DNA of 64,000 bases from Candidatus Doudnabacteria bacterium (GCA_031291995.1 JARLHZ010000034.1:78915-142914); one strand, 5' to 3'; positions 19,417 through 28,784 are shown, numbered from the stretch's first letter. The notes: generated by a model from the sequence alone, not told the origin. Translations and numbers: made by a program.

Positions 19417-19445
19417 TTGACGGATTTTGGGGGATTTGGTATAAT
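19417..19445 (+). promoter_or_regulatory. Sigma70-type promoter of the rplJL operon
   Basis: TTGACG, a 17-nt spacer, then TATAAT. Confidence 0.6.
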
Positions 19446-19712
19446 TTAGGCAAGTTAATATCCAAAGACAGTTGGCGGCCAAATGGCCTTAATACCTGAG
19501 TGTAAGATTCCTGCCTGCGCAGGAATGACACCGGGAGCCCGCCGAGGAAATGTAGCGCAGGCTCGTGGCCTGCAACCTAGGCAAGCCGGGGGCTTGCGCT
19601 ACGGCTACAATTCGTACTCGGTTAAAACCGAGTCTTTTTATTGCCAGGATATTTACCGGCTACATTGGTCGAACTAGCCTACAACTAAATGCTAACTACT
19701 AAATGCTAATTT
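19446..19712 (+). promoter_or_regulatory. Ribosomal protein L10 leader (autoregulatory 5' UTR) upstream of rplJ. It includes the hairpin ATTCCTGC-CTGC-GCAGGAAT.
   Basis: A structured GC-rich untranslated region between the promoter and rplJ. The ORF predicted at 19483..19677 is rejected as a CDS. Confidence 0.5.
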
Positions 19713-20234
19713 ATGTCAAAAGGAAAATCACAAAAAGCGGACGATTTAAAAGAGCTCACAGCCAAACTTAAAGAGGCCAAGAGCGTGGTATTTACCGGCT
19801 ATCGCGGCACTACGGTAAAAGATTTGGACAGGTTCCGCAAAACCCTGCGCACCGAAAACGTTTTTTCCAAAGTTTATAAACTGACTTTGTTAAAAAAGGC
19901 CATTAAGGACGCGGGACTTAACGGCGAAATTGCCGACTACAAGACCCCGGTAATAATGGCTATATCCGCCGAAGACGAAGTTTCTCCGGCCAGAGTCATA
20001 AAAACCCTGACCAAAGACTTAAAAACCATTTCCATCTTAGAAGGATTTTTTGAAGGCAAGCTGTTTTCCAAAGCCCAAGTTGAAGCTTTGGGCGACCTGC
20101 CAAGCAAAGACCAGCTGCGCTCGCAGTTTATGTCCGTGTTAAACGGCCCGGCCGCCGCGTTTGCGCGCTTGCTCGACGCGTATGCCAAGAAAAAGGGTGA
20201 AGCCGTGCCGGTGAGTGCGCCTGTAGCAGCGTAA
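19713..20234 (+). CDS. rplJ: 50S ribosomal protein L10
   Basis: 173 aa with a typical L10 sequence, located upstream of rplL. Confidence 0.9.
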   Translation: MSKGKSQKADDLKELTAKLKEAKSVVFTGYRGTTVKDLDRFRKTLRTENVFSKVYKLTLLKKAIKDAGLNGEIADYKTPVIMAISAEDEVSPARVIKTLTKDLKTISILEGFFEGKLFSKAQVEALGDLPSKDQLRSQFMSVLNGPAAAFARLLDAYAKKKGEAVPVSAPVAA

Positions 20235-20332
20235 AGGAATTATGAAGTATGAATTAGGAATTATGGTTTTAACGTCCTGATTCATAATTCCAAATTCCTA
20301 ATTCAATAAATAAGTATTAAGAAAGGAATAAT

Positions 20333-20728
20333 ATGTCCGATGAAGTAAAAGTTGAAGTTCCCGAGAAATTCAAAACTCTCGTGGATCAGGTGGAAAAGCT
20401 TTCCGTTATGGAACTTTCCGAATTAGTTAAAGTATTAGAAGGCAAATTTGGCGTTTCTGCCGCCGCCCCCATGATGATGGCCGGGGCCGGAGCCGCCGCC
20501 GCTCCGGTTGAAGAAAAGACCGAATTTACGGTGGAATTAACCGAAGCCGGTGCCAACAAGATTAGCGTCATTAAAGTAGTCCGCGAAGTAACCGGTCTTG
20601 GCTTAAAAGAAGCCAAGGACATTGTTGACGCCGCGCCGAAAGTTATAAAAGAAAATGTGGCCAAAGCCGACGCCGAAGCCTGGAAGAAAAAAATCGAAGA
20701 CGCCGGTGGTAAAGTGGTTTTAAAATAA
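20333..20728 (+). CDS. rplL: 50S ribosomal protein L7/L12
   Basis: 131 aa. It has an Ala-rich hinge, and the C-terminal domain contains the [13 protein letters not shown] motif. Confidence 0.95.
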   Translation: MSDEVKVEVPEKFKTLVDQVEKLSVMELSELVKVLEGKFGVSAAAPMMMAGAGAAAAPVEEKTEFTVELTEAGANKISVIKVVREVTGLGLKEAKDIVDAAPKVIKENVAKADAEAWKKKIEDAGGKVVLK

Positions 20729-20736
20729 TTTTATTG

Positions 20737-20955
20737 CCATAAATTATTTTAAAACCATCCTGAGCGACCCAAATTTTCTTTGCGTTGAAAATTTGGGGAG
20801 TCGAAGGATCCCTGAAATAGCATAACATTGCTATTTCAAAACCATCCCGAGGAGTGCATCCGACGAGGGATCCCTTAAGCGGTATGAAATTATTATTTTA
20901 ATACCATCCTATGCGACACTGAGCTTGTTGAAGGGGAGTCGAAGGATCCAGAATT
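20737..20955. repeat. Three degenerate REP-like palindromic repeats (AAAACCATCC(T/C)GAG ... GAGTCGAAGGATCC) downstream of rplL
   Basis: Copies lie at about 20737-20812, 20830-20880 and 20884-20955. Each has an ATCCY/RGGAT outer stem. Copy 1 has a perfect inner stem, CCCAAATTTTC/GAAAATTTGGG. Confidence 0.6.
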
Positions 20956-20985
20956 TATTAAGATTCCTGCCTGCGCAGGAATGAC
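20953..20985. repeat. Second copy of the hairpin element TAAGATTCCTGCCTGCGCAGGAATGACAC. The first copy is at 19503-19531.
   Basis: Exact 29-nt identity with 19503-19531. Confidence 0.7.
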
Positions 20986-20991
20986 ACACAA

Positions 20992-21027
20992 AAAACCGTC
21001 CCTATTCAATTGGGACGGTTTTTTATT
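20992..21027. terminator. Bidirectional rho-independent terminator for rplL (+) and the minus-strand gene 21023..21439
   Basis: AAAAAACCGTCCC-TATTCAATT-GGGACGGTTTTTTA. Confidence 0.75.
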
Positions 21028-21439
21028 TGTCGGCAGGCGGTAGTTCTTTTATTTTTTCAATATTAGAAGTTATAATTGGTTTCTCCATTCCATTTTCATC
21101 ACGGTTAGCACCTTCAACTATAAATTCAAGGCGCATATCTATGCCAATAAAATTTGATTTAATACTGCGGTTTGAGGAACCAATTTTAGACCCGATAGAT
21201 TTAATTTTTGTCGCCTCACGACAATATATTGGATGGCCTTGAATGTAAAATTCCCCCGCTTGATTAGTTAGTGTGTACTTTGTATTTGCTGTCTGGATCT
21301 CAATCCCTCCGCCAGGGGGGATTTTATCTGTCGTAATGCCGCCTTCAATTTCCGCCGTTGCAATTAAGTCGTTTATTTCCGGACTGAGATTTTTGTGGGA
21401 TTCAGAGAGGTTTGGCTCAGGTATGTTATTTTCTCGCAT
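21023..21439 (-). CDS. Hypothetical protein
   Basis: 138-aa ORF with no recognisable motif. Confidence 0.35.
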   Translation of the reverse strand: MRENNIPEPNLSESHKNLSPEINDLIATAEIEGGITTDKIPPGGGIEIQTANTKYTLTNQAGEFYIQGHPIYCREATKIKSIGSKIGSSNRSIKSNFIGIDMRLEFIVEGANRDENGMEKPIITSNIEKIKELPPADK

Positions 21440-21656
21440 AATTTTATTAAAGAATAATGGTTACCATAATAGTATAGCAAATAGGGTAAAATTATCTATC
21501 CCCAGACTTATCCCACGCCATTTGATACCCGAAACATAACCCCTGCCCCAAGCCACTTGATACCTGTACCGGTACTGACCTCTCAGAATTAAGTTCGTAG
21601 TTGCTATTATGGAAGTGAGCCGCCCCGATTGCATCAGGGCGGGTTTAATAGTATCT

Positions 21657-22115
21657 TTAATGAAAGGTTGCACCTAGAAAGAAAATTGCGGCTAATATCA
21701 AAATCAAAATACTTAATACAACTAATCTTTTATTCGTATTCTCATGGCCGGTATTTTTTACAAATATCTTGTAGCCTAAATTAGAGACGCCAATGCCTAA
21801 AGAAAAAGCACCCAAAGTCACTATCATCGAAGAATAATCTTTTCCCGCAAGCCAAGCTATACATAGCAAGATTCCTCCAACCGGAACGAATATTTTCCAA
21901 CTAAGTTTGTCTAAAGTTTTTAACCTTGCTTCTTGTTCTTGTGCCAAAGAGTTTCTCAAACTACTATTGCCTTGCGTTTGATTTGGCTTATTTGTTTGTG
22001 TTTCCATAAGTTTCTTTTGACTTAATAATGTATCAGCAGTATAGTAACATAGAAAAATTACTATGTACAACTTTTGGCAACAACTTAACAAGCCCATTTT
22101 TTGCCTGGCTCCCAT
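21657..22115 (-). CDS. Hypothetical membrane protein
   Basis: 152 aa with predicted TM helices. Confidence 0.4.
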   Translation of the reverse strand: MGARQKMGLLSCCQKLYIVIFLCYYTADTLLSQKKLMETQTNKPNQTQGNSSLRNSLAQEQEARLKTLDKLSWKIFVPVGGILLCIAWLAGKDYSSMIVTLGAFSLGIGVSNLGYKIFVKNTGHENTNKRLVVLSILILILAAIFFLGATFH

Positions 22116-23244
22116 GGAAGAGGTGACGGATTTTGCGTTTCGGGAAATGTTTGCGCGTTATAGCTCTGTGTCATTGCGAGGGAGCGCCTCCGACCGAAGC
22201 AATCTTAATTACGAAACCTACGACAGGATTGCTTCGTCGCCGGACAAAGCCCCGGCGTCTCGCAATGACACGTATAACCAATTCGTCATGTTCACGGAGT
22301 TTATAAATGTTGACGGATTGACTCATCCGGAGGGGCGAAAAAAGTTGGAAATCGATTTAAAATATTCCGAAGCCCAGCGGCCAATTGTGGCGCAACTGTG
22401 GGGGAGAAATCCGGAGAAATTTTCGGAGGCGGCCAAGATAATTGTAGATTTAGGGTTTGACGGTATTGATATAAATTTTGGCTGTCCGCAGGCCAAGGAA
22501 ATTGCCGGCGGCACCTGCGCCGCGCTTATTCGCGAGCCGGCTCTCGCCCAGGATATTATCCGCGCGGTAAAAAAAGCGGCCGGGGATTTGCCGGTGTCGG
22601 TGAAAACCAGATTAGGTTACAGTAAAGCCGACGAAATGGCCGGCTGGGTCACAACTTTGCTGGAAACGGGTATTGCCGCCCTGACTTTGCACGGACGCAC
22701 CAAACAGGAAATGTCCAAGGTTCCGGCGCAATGGGAGAAGATTGCCGAGGCAGTGGCAATAAGGGACAAATTCCAAATTCCAAATTCCAAATTCCAAAAA
22801 ACGCTAATTATCGGCAATGGGGATATTAAGAGCAGGGAGGAGGGTTTGCAAAGAGTTGCGGAAACGAATGTGGACGGGGTAATGGTGGCTCGGGGAGCGT
22901 TTGGCTGCCCGTGGTTTTTTAATCCCAATATAGAAATCAGTCCTCCTGTTGCGCAGGCCCGTGCCCTGCCAACCTCGGAAATAATGCCGCAAGAGAAGGA
23001 GGCCGGGGGTCTGCGCAATATAAGCCCGCAAGAAAAATTGCGCGTTATGCTGGAACACGCCGAATTATTCGACCGCGAACTTGGACAATATAAAAATTTT
23101 GTAATAATGCGCAAGCACTTTAAAGCCTACTGCAGCGGCTTTCCCGGCGCCCACGAATTAAGGGCAAAATTAATGGAAACAAAAAATTTGGAAGAAACGA
23201 GAATAATTGTAGAAGAGTACTTGATGGATATTGATGGATATTGA
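22063..23244 (+). CDS. dus: tRNA-dihydrouridine synthase (Dus). It carries an in-frame ~105-bp MITE-like insertion and internal simple-sequence repeats.
   Basis: 393 aa. It has LAPMEEVTDFAFRE, IDINFGCPQ, LHGRT and IGNGDI. An extra segment of about 35 aa (SVSLRGSASDRS...NDTYN) lies between conserved blocks. Confidence 0.8.
   Translation: MYNFWQQLNKPIFCLAPMEEVTDFAFREMFARYSSVSLRGSASDRSNLNYETYDRIASSPDKAPASRNDTYNQFVMFTEFINVDGLTHPEGRKKLEIDLKYSEAQRPIVAQLWGRNPEKFSEAAKIIVDLGFDGIDINFGCPQAKEIAGGTCAALIREPALAQDIIRAVKKAAGDLPVSVKTRLGYSKADEMAGWVTTLLETGIAALTLHGRTKQEMSKVPAQWEKIAEAVAIRDKFQIPNSKFQKTLIIGNGDIKSREEGLQRVAETNVDGVMVARGAFGCPWFFNPNIEISPPVAQARALPTSEIMPQEKEAGGLRNISPQEKLRVMLEHAELFDRELGQYKNFVIMRKHFKAYCSGFPGAHELRAKLMETKNLEETRIIVEEYLMDIDGY
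22168..22271. mobile_element. MITE-like insertion inside dus. It has 13-bp terminal inverted repeats GTGTCATTGCGAG / CTCGCAATGACAC and an inner inverted repeat GAAGCAATC / GATTGCTTC.
   Basis: Perfect inverted repeats read from the sequence. The insertion falls exactly where Dus homologues have no residues. Confidence 0.55.
22767..22794 (+). repeat. (CAAATTC)x4 heptanucleotide tandem repeat inside the dus coding sequence
   Basis: Four perfect 7-nt units. Translated, they read DKFQIPNSKFQ. Confidence 0.8.
23221..23240 (+). repeat. 10-bp tandem duplication (TTGATGGATA x2) at the dus 3' end
   Basis: Direct duplication read from the sequence. It encodes MDIDGY. Confidence 0.7.
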
Positions 23245-23346
23245 TTAGCCTTTTTAGCAAATATATTTCGTGTCATTCCGGTATAACACATTTAAGTTTT
23301 TATTAAAAAAGTAAAGCGCGAGGGGGTGCGCCTCGCGCCACGTAGT

Positions 23347-24048
23347 TTAGGGCTTCGGGATGAGCCGAAGCCTGCTGCCGAATAAATCGTTGATCGCCGC
23401 GAACACCAGCGGGTGCACCTCATCGGTATCGTGGTATGATATTACGGTTTCCGCCGACGATTGTCCGACGTCCACTACCCAGCAAGTAATGCTCTCGAGT
23501 TCCATCGCTAAGATGTGCCGCCTGCCATCATCCATGGTAGGGAAATCCCAGCCCAAGTGAATGGTAGCCAATCGTCCCTGGTGCTCGGTCCAGTACGGAA
23601 CCGCGGCGGAATCAATTGCCGGCCCATTTGCTCGGGAGGTATCGTCACGTTCAACAAGTTTGAGCTCGGCTTTAAGTCGGTTTTCTACCGCCGACAAGAC
23701 TATCTCAAGCCGGCCTTTTTTGGCTCGGGCAACGCTAAGCTTGGTGTTGTCACCAAGTTCGCTGAGCATGGCCAGGCAGCCCGGGCCTGCGGCTAATTCG
23801 ACCTCCCGGATGAGTAATGCGACATCTTTCTGGCTGGCCTGAATCCGTGGAGCCAAATAAATATCGAACCCACCGTCCGCGCGATCCACTAAATAGTACT
23901 CGTACTCGGTCTTGCCCGCGCCCAAAACTCCGGTCGCGAACGTAGTCAAAGACAACAAAAAAACTACAACTACGGTTTCGGTTCTTGTGTTCATGGGTCC
24001 CTCTATTTTGGATTTTACACATTTTAACATAAAATTAAGATTATTCAA
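23347..24048 (-). CDS. Secreted hypothetical protein (GC-rich)
   Basis: 233 aa with an N-terminal signal or TM segment. GC is about 60% by eye. A GCGCGAGG-loop-CCTCGCGC hairpin lies downstream. Confidence 0.5.
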   Translation of the reverse strand: MNNLNFMLKCVKSKIEGPMNTRTETVVVVFLLSLTTFATGVLGAGKTEYEYYLVDRADGGFDIYLAPRIQASQKDVALLIREVELAAGPGCLAMLSELGDNTKLSVARAKKGRLEIVLSAVENRLKAELKLVERDDTSRANGPAIDSAAVPYWTEHQGRLATIHLGWDFPTMDDGRRHILAMELESITCWVVDVGQSSAETVISYHDTDEVHPLVFAAINDLFGSRLRLIPKP

Positions 24049-24080
24049 ATAAATGATATAATATTTCCTAAATTTGACAA

Positions 24081-24362
24081 TTGAATTTGAAGAGTCTATA
24101 TTTAAGTCATAAAATTAAATCTAAAATTATGTATCCAAAACCTGAGGGTCCTGCTGTAGAAAGTACCGAAGCTACCTCTACTATTTATTGGAAAAGAATA
24201 GGTAACGCAGAGAGCGAACTTCAAAGAAATAAATTAGAATATGCCCAATATTTGCTGACAAGCGGAAATAATGACGCAAGGTTTTTAGCAACATATCCCG
24301 ATATGGCGAATTGGTTGGACGAAGAAAAGGCTAAAAAAGCTGTTACACCGGAAGTAAAATAA
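24081..24362 (+). CDS. Small hypothetical protein
   Basis: 93-aa ORF followed by a terminator at 24401-24426 (GCCCCTT-GACAA-AAGGGGC plus a T-run). Confidence 0.35.
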   Translation: MNLKSLYLSHKIKSKIMYPKPEGPAVESTEATSTIYWKRIGNAESELQRNKLEYAQYLLTSGNNDARFLATYPDMANWLDEEKAKKAVTPEVK

Positions 24363-24525
24363 GGTAAAAATTAAAAAATAGTCTAACACTTTGGCGGACA
24401 GCCCCTTGACAAAAGGGGCTTTTTTATGGTAGTTTTAGCTGTCATCCTATGCCAGTACGGGTGACTTTGCCGCATACAATAAGGCATGACAAAACGACTG
24501 GTAAGCCGACTTAAGGAGGAGGCTT

Positions 24526-25071
24526 ATGAATTTTTCCAAAACCCTGTTGGCTGCCGGGCTGGTGGCTTACTTTTTCGTTGCAATCGGCTGCGGTCCGTCC
24601 GCTGAACAGCGCCAAGCCGCAAGGTTGGCTCAGCAGGAAGCGGCTAAGTCGGCAGCTTTGACGGATTATGCTTCGTTTCGCGCTGCCACGACAGGGGCGC
24701 AGGCGGAGCAGTTCCGCGCAAAGATTAAGGGTGAACTGGCGACAGCCGATCTGGGGGTTGAGGCCATCAGCCTCAGCGACAACGAGCTCCAGGCACACCA
24801 GAACGAGCTCTACAACGTCGATGCAGTGGCCGCGGCGCGCCAGCTCCACAACACCCATGGCAACTCGCAGAAGGCTCGCGAACTTGCCACCGAATGCCGG
24901 AACCTCAAGGGTAAATCCGGCCAGCCGGTTTCGCCGGCGCTGGAGAGGGGGCTGGAATTGGCTGTCGCGCGCAACATGCGGGAAGAGGCGACTGCCATCT
25001 CCCTCGCCCACGGCGTCAACCCTCCCACGAAAAAGGGCAGTGTCCGGCGGAGGCTGCGGGCGCAGCGCTAG
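24526..25071 (+). CDS. Putative lipoprotein (GC-rich)
   Basis: 181 aa with a signal peptide and the lipobox VAIGC. A strong RBS AAGGAGGA lies upstream. The overlapping ORF 24668..25177 is rejected. Confidence 0.55.
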   Translation: MNFSKTLLAAGLVAYFFVAIGCGPSAEQRQAARLAQQEAAKSAALTDYASFRAATTGAQAEQFRAKIKGELATADLGVEAISLSDNELQAHQNELYNVDAVAAARQLHNTHGNSQKARELATECRNLKGKSGQPVSPALERGLELAVARNMREEATAISLAHGVNPPTKKGSVRRRLRAQR

Positions 25072-25188
25072 GGGTCAAATTATTCGGAACTTTCACGTTC
25101 CCAGGCGGTCACGCGCATCGTGGCCGCCTGTTTCTTTTTTAGGTAATTTTTGTTATGCTTTAAATAGATACTTTTAAATAAACCAATT

Positions 25189-25629
25189 TTGTATATGGAC
25201 AGTGAGGAAAAAACGGGTTTTTTTGGCGACTTGGATCAGCAGATGCAAGACATTAAGGGTGGGGACAGACTAACAGATAAGGAGCGGCGGGCAATTAAAG
25301 GCGGTGTCGGAAAAGATGATGAGTTTGCCATGAATGCATTGGCCCGGCAAATGCGAGAGTTAATGGCCGAGCAGAATCCAAAAGGGTTGCCTTTAATTTT
25401 TAAAAGCGGGTATGTCATTAAAGTTAAAAGAAGTTCCGGAAATATTGACACTGACTGGCGCGTCAAGCAGTTTGACAAGTCAGGTTTTGTTATAGTTGAC
25501 AAACCAAATCCCGAGGTACACAAGAAAAGAATGGAAAGAACTTTGTATTTTAAGGAATTTTATGAACTCAATCCTCCTGACGCAACCTGCCAAAATGCCG
25601 AGTATTTGGAAGAATATTCAAAAAAATAA
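25189..25629 (+). CDS. Hypothetical protein
   Basis: 146-aa ORF followed by a weak hairpin plus T-run. Confidence 0.4.
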   Translation: MYMDSEEKTGFFGDLDQQMQDIKGGDRLTDKERRAIKGGVGKDDEFAMNALARQMRELMAEQNPKGLPLIFKSGYVIKVKRSSGNIDTDWRVKQFDKSGFVIVDKPNPEVHKKRMERTLYFKEFYELNPPDATCQNAEYLEEYSKK

Positions 25630-25718
25630 TTAAGGCTATAAATTTTATTAGAAACGTCATATAGTATTATTACGTTTTATTTATTGCCGCGGAAAGCGGT
25701 TTTTTTGGAGGAGGAGAG

Positions 25719-25961
25719 ATGACGGCGATAGTTTTGACGTTAATGGCGGGTATGCTGGCTGGAGGAGTGGCGCGTCCACAATGGCTGTGGCTGAAACTAT
25801 TATCGTTGGCCTTTATAGCCGCGGCCGTGACCACGGGCTTAGTGGCGATGCGAGACGAGCGCGACTGGCTTGGCGGAGTTGTGACTTTTGGCTATTACAT
25901 TTGGCCGGGCGCCGGCTACTGGCTGGGCAGATTCCTTAGGTATGCGTTTGCGGACAATTAA
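25719..25961 (+). CDS. Small membrane protein
   Basis: 80 aa with two TM helices and the RBS GGAGGAGG. A terminator GGGCGGAT-GCAT-ATCCGCC-TTTT follows. Confidence 0.4.
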   Translation: MTAIVLTLMAGMLAGGVARPQWLWLKLLSLAFIAAAVTTGLVAMRDERDWLGGVVTFGYYIWPGAGYWLGRFLRYAFADN

Positions 25962-26110
25962 ATAGCCACAGGCGTATTCCGGGCGGATGCATATCCGCCT
26001 TTTCTTGAACTTTCTCGCCCGTTATGTTATATTGACTATATAAATTTGAAAAGTCTTCCCGAGTTTTGGGATCTCTTTTTTTTGACATTAAAATCTTTAA
26101 AAATTGGCTT

Positions 26111-26617
26111 ATGGGTACAATAAAAATAATCCCTTTCGGGGAAGTTGAGGCGTTTAACGCCGTAATTGAAGTGCCGCAAGGAGAAATGAAAAAATATGCC
26201 TATGACCCCGAACTGGGAAGCATTAAATTAACCCGAGTGCTATACGACGGCATAAAATTTCCTTTTAACTACGGATTTGTGGCCGGGACGGAAAATCACG
26301 ATGGCGGTCATTTGGACGTGTTTGTCATAAGCACGCACGCGATTACCAGGGGAACGGTCGTAGTCTGCCGGGCAATCGGGGTAATGGAGATGGAAGACCA
26401 GGGCAAGCCCGATCATAAGATAATCGCAGTGCCCAACACCGAAACACGCCTGGCGAATTTGAAGGATATAAAAGATTTTGAGGAAAGCGAACGCGAAAAA
26501 ATAAGTTTATTTTATCGCAGCGCGGCCGAACAGTGGGGCTTGGCCATTAAATTGCTCGGGTTTGCCGACAAAGCCAAAGCCAAAAAAGAATTGTTGCGGA
26601 CTCTGCAATTCGAATAA
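26111..26617 (+). CDS. ppa: Family I soluble inorganic pyrophosphatase
   Basis: It contains FNAVIEVPQGE..KYAYD and DGGHLDVFV. The likely start is the internal MGTIKIIPF. The track ORF begins at 26066. Confidence 0.85.
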   Translation: MGTIKIIPFGEVEAFNAVIEVPQGEMKKYAYDPELGSIKLTRVLYDGIKFPFNYGFVAGTENHDGGHLDVFVISTHAITRGTVVVCRAIGVMEMEDQGKPDHKIIAVPNTETRLANLKDIKDFEESEREKISLFYRSAAEQWGLAIKLLGFADKAKAKKELLRTLQFE

Positions 26618-26632
26618 ACTTCTAAAACTAAA

Positions 26633-26667
26633 AAGGCCGTTTCCGCGAGCGCGGATACGGCCTTTAT
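26633..26667. terminator. Bidirectional terminator between ppa and hppA
   Basis: AAAGGCCGT-TTCCGCGAGCGCGGAT-ACGGCCTTT nested hairpin. Confidence 0.6.
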
Positions 26668-26679
26668 TGTTGGTAAAGA

Positions 26680-28749
26680 TTACGGTTTTAGGAATTTAAC
26701 CATCAGCAGGGCGACAATGTTGATAATTTTTATCATCGGGTTAATGGCCGGGCCGGCGGTATCTTTATAAGGATCGCCAACGGTGTCGCCGGTAACGGCC
26801 GCTTTGTGGGCCTCGCTGCCCTTGCCGCCGTAGTTGCCTTCCTCAATATACTTTTTCGCGTTGTCCCAGGCCGCTCCGCCGGTAGTCATGGAAATTCCGA
26901 CGAACACGCCGGTAATAATAGTACCCACCAGCATCCCGCCTAAAGCCGCGGCGCCCAAAACCAATCCCACCAAAATCGGCATAACAACCGGAATCAGCGC
27001 GGGGATAATCATTTCTTTAATGGCAGCTTTGGTAACAATGTCTACAGCGCGGGTATAATCGGGCTTGGCCTGCCCGGTCATAATGCCCTTAATTTCCCTA
27101 AACTGCCGGCGCACTTCTTCTACCACGGCCTTGGCCGCGTTGCCTACGGCCGACATAGCGATTGACGCGAATAAATAGGGGAGCAATCCGCCAATAAGCA
27201 GACCGACCAAAACGCGGCTGTTGGACAAATCGAATACGGTGGAAATTCCATTGGCCGAAAGTTCTTGCGTATACGCGGCAAAGAGCACCATTGCCGCAAG
27301 CCCCGCCGAGGCAATGGCATAGCCTTTGGTAACGGCTTTGGTGGTATTACCAACGGCGTCCAGAGGATCGGTCACGTCTCGCACACTTTGGTCCAGGCCG
27401 GCCATTTCGGCAATCCCGCCGGCGTTGTCTGTAATCGGCCCAAAGGCGTCAATGGCAACGACTATTCCGGTAAGTGACAGCATGCTCATAACGGCCAGCG
27501 CGATTCCGTACAGTCCCGCGAGATGGTTGGCCAATAAAATCGCGACAACGATTACAAAAATCGGGGCGGCAGTAGCCTGCATACCCACGGCAATGCCTTT
27601 AATGATGTTGGTGCCGTGTCCGGTAGTCGAAGCCGCGGCAATGTCTTTAACCGGAGAAAAAGATTTGGAAGTGTAGTATTCGGTAATAACGGTAATTAAC
27701 CCCGTAACGGCCAAACCGATAAGCGCGCAGTAGAACAGATTGGCAGGGTCGTATGTCCCGTTGTCGGACATAATTTTTTGGGTAATCGGCCAGAATACAA
27801 TCGCGGATAAAATTCCGGTAACGGCAAAGCCTTTGTACATGGCGCCCATAATGTTTTTGGATTTACCCAAACGGACGAACCAGGTGCCGATAATGGTAGT
27901 GACAATGGAAGCGGCGCCAATCATCAACGGGTAAATAATGGCATTGGCGTAGCCCGGAAACAAAGCGGAACCGAGCAAAATAACCGCCACGGCGGAAACC
28001 ACATAGGTTTCAAACAAATCCGCAGCCATACCGGCGCAATCGCCAACGTTGTCGCCCACGTTATCGGCAATAACTCCCGGATTTCTCGGATCGTCTTCCG
28101 GAATGCCGGCTTCCACTTTGCCGACCATGTCGGTACCCACGTCCGCGCCTTTGGTAAAAATACCGCCGCCCAAGCGGGCAAAAACGGAAATTAAGGATGC
28201 GCCAAAAGCCAGACCGGCCAAAGCCGGCAAATCAAAACTAAAACCGCCCGTACAAGTATTGGCATCCCCTAGATTTATGCAGGCTCCGCCACCCGAGGTT
28301 TTTGTAGCCATCATAAAACCAGTCACGGCCAAAAGTCCCAAGCCGACCACAAATAATCCGGTTACCGAACCGCCTTCAAAAGCCAGCGACAGCGCGGAAC
28401 CCAGGCCTTTTTTTGCCGCCTCGGCGGTGCGCACATTGGCGCGCACGGAAATATTCATGCCGACAAACCCGGCTACGGCGGAAAGAACCGCGCCCAGCAC
28501 AAAGCCTTCCATAGTATGCGCGGAAAAATGTGCCAGCCACATTAAAATTAAAATGACAACAGCCACAATACCCACTGTCTTGTATTGCCTGTTTAAATAA
28601 GCCTTGGCCCCATCCTGAATGGCTTTGGCAATCTCAATCATTTTGCCTTCCCCGGCCGGCTGCTTTAAAATTTTAACAATTAAAAATACGCCGTACAAAA
28701 GGGCTAAAAAAGCCGCTCCCAAGGCGTACCAGAGTATGCTGTCTTGCAT
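26680..28749 (-). CDS. hppA: Membrane-bound proton/sodium-translocating pyrophosphatase (V-PPase)
   Basis: 689 aa multi-TM protein. The motifs [20 protein letters not shown] and [14 protein letters not shown] are canonical for V-PPases. Confidence 0.9.
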   Translation of the reverse strand: MQDSILWYALGAAFLALLYGVFLIVKILKQPAGEGKMIEIAKAIQDGAKAYLNRQYKTVGIVAVVILILMWLAHFSAHTMEGFVLGAVLSAVAGFVGMNISVRANVRTAEAAKKGLGSALSLAFEGGSVTGLFVVGLGLLAVTGFMMATKTSGGGACINLGDANTCTGGFSFDLPALAGLAFGASLISVFARLGGGIFTKGADVGTDMVGKVEAGIPEDDPRNPGVIADNVGDNVGDCAGMAADLFETYVVSAVAVILLGSALFPGYANAIIYPLMIGAASIVTTIIGTWFVRLGKSKNIMGAMYKGFAVTGILSAIVFWPITQKIMSDNGTYDPANLFYCALIGLAVTGLITVITEYYTSKSFSPVKDIAAASTTGHGTNIIKGIAVGMQATAAPIFVIVVAILLANHLAGLYGIALAVMSMLSLTGIVVAIDAFGPITDNAGGIAEMAGLDQSVRDVTDPLDAVGNTTKAVTKGYAIASAGLAAMVLFAAYTQELSANGISTVFDLSNSRVLVGLLIGGLLPYLFASIAMSAVGNAAKAVVEEVRRQFREIKGIMTGQAKPDYTRAVDIVTKAAIKEMIIPALIPVVMPILVGLVLGAAALGGMLVGTIITGVFVGISMTTGGAAWDNAKKYIEEGNYGGKGSEAHKAAVTGDTVGDPYKDTAGPAINPMIKIINIVALLMVKFLKP

Positions 28750-28784
28750 AAGGTTTATGTTTAGATATTAATTATCTGTTAGCA

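Noticed and set aside
19483-19677. 64-aa ORF upstream of rplJ
   Set aside because: It lies in the structured L10 leader between the promoter and rplJ. Its GC-rich hairpin content fits an untranslated regulatory RNA, not a CDS.
20737-20985. Possible CRISPR array downstream of rplL
   Set aside because: The repeat units are degenerate and of unequal length, they are themselves palindromic, and they have no uniform spacers. No cas genes are nearby. They are REP-like palindromes.
24668-25177. 169-aa Arg-rich ORF overlapping the lipoprotein gene
   Set aside because: It is an alternative frame of a GC-rich gene. High GC routinely produces long spurious ORFs. The lipoprotein frame has the signal peptide and RBS.
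26834-28600. Plus-strand ORFs inside hppA (26834..27058, 27326..27676, 28049..28600 and others)
   Set aside because: They are antisense to the canonical V-PPase coding frame.
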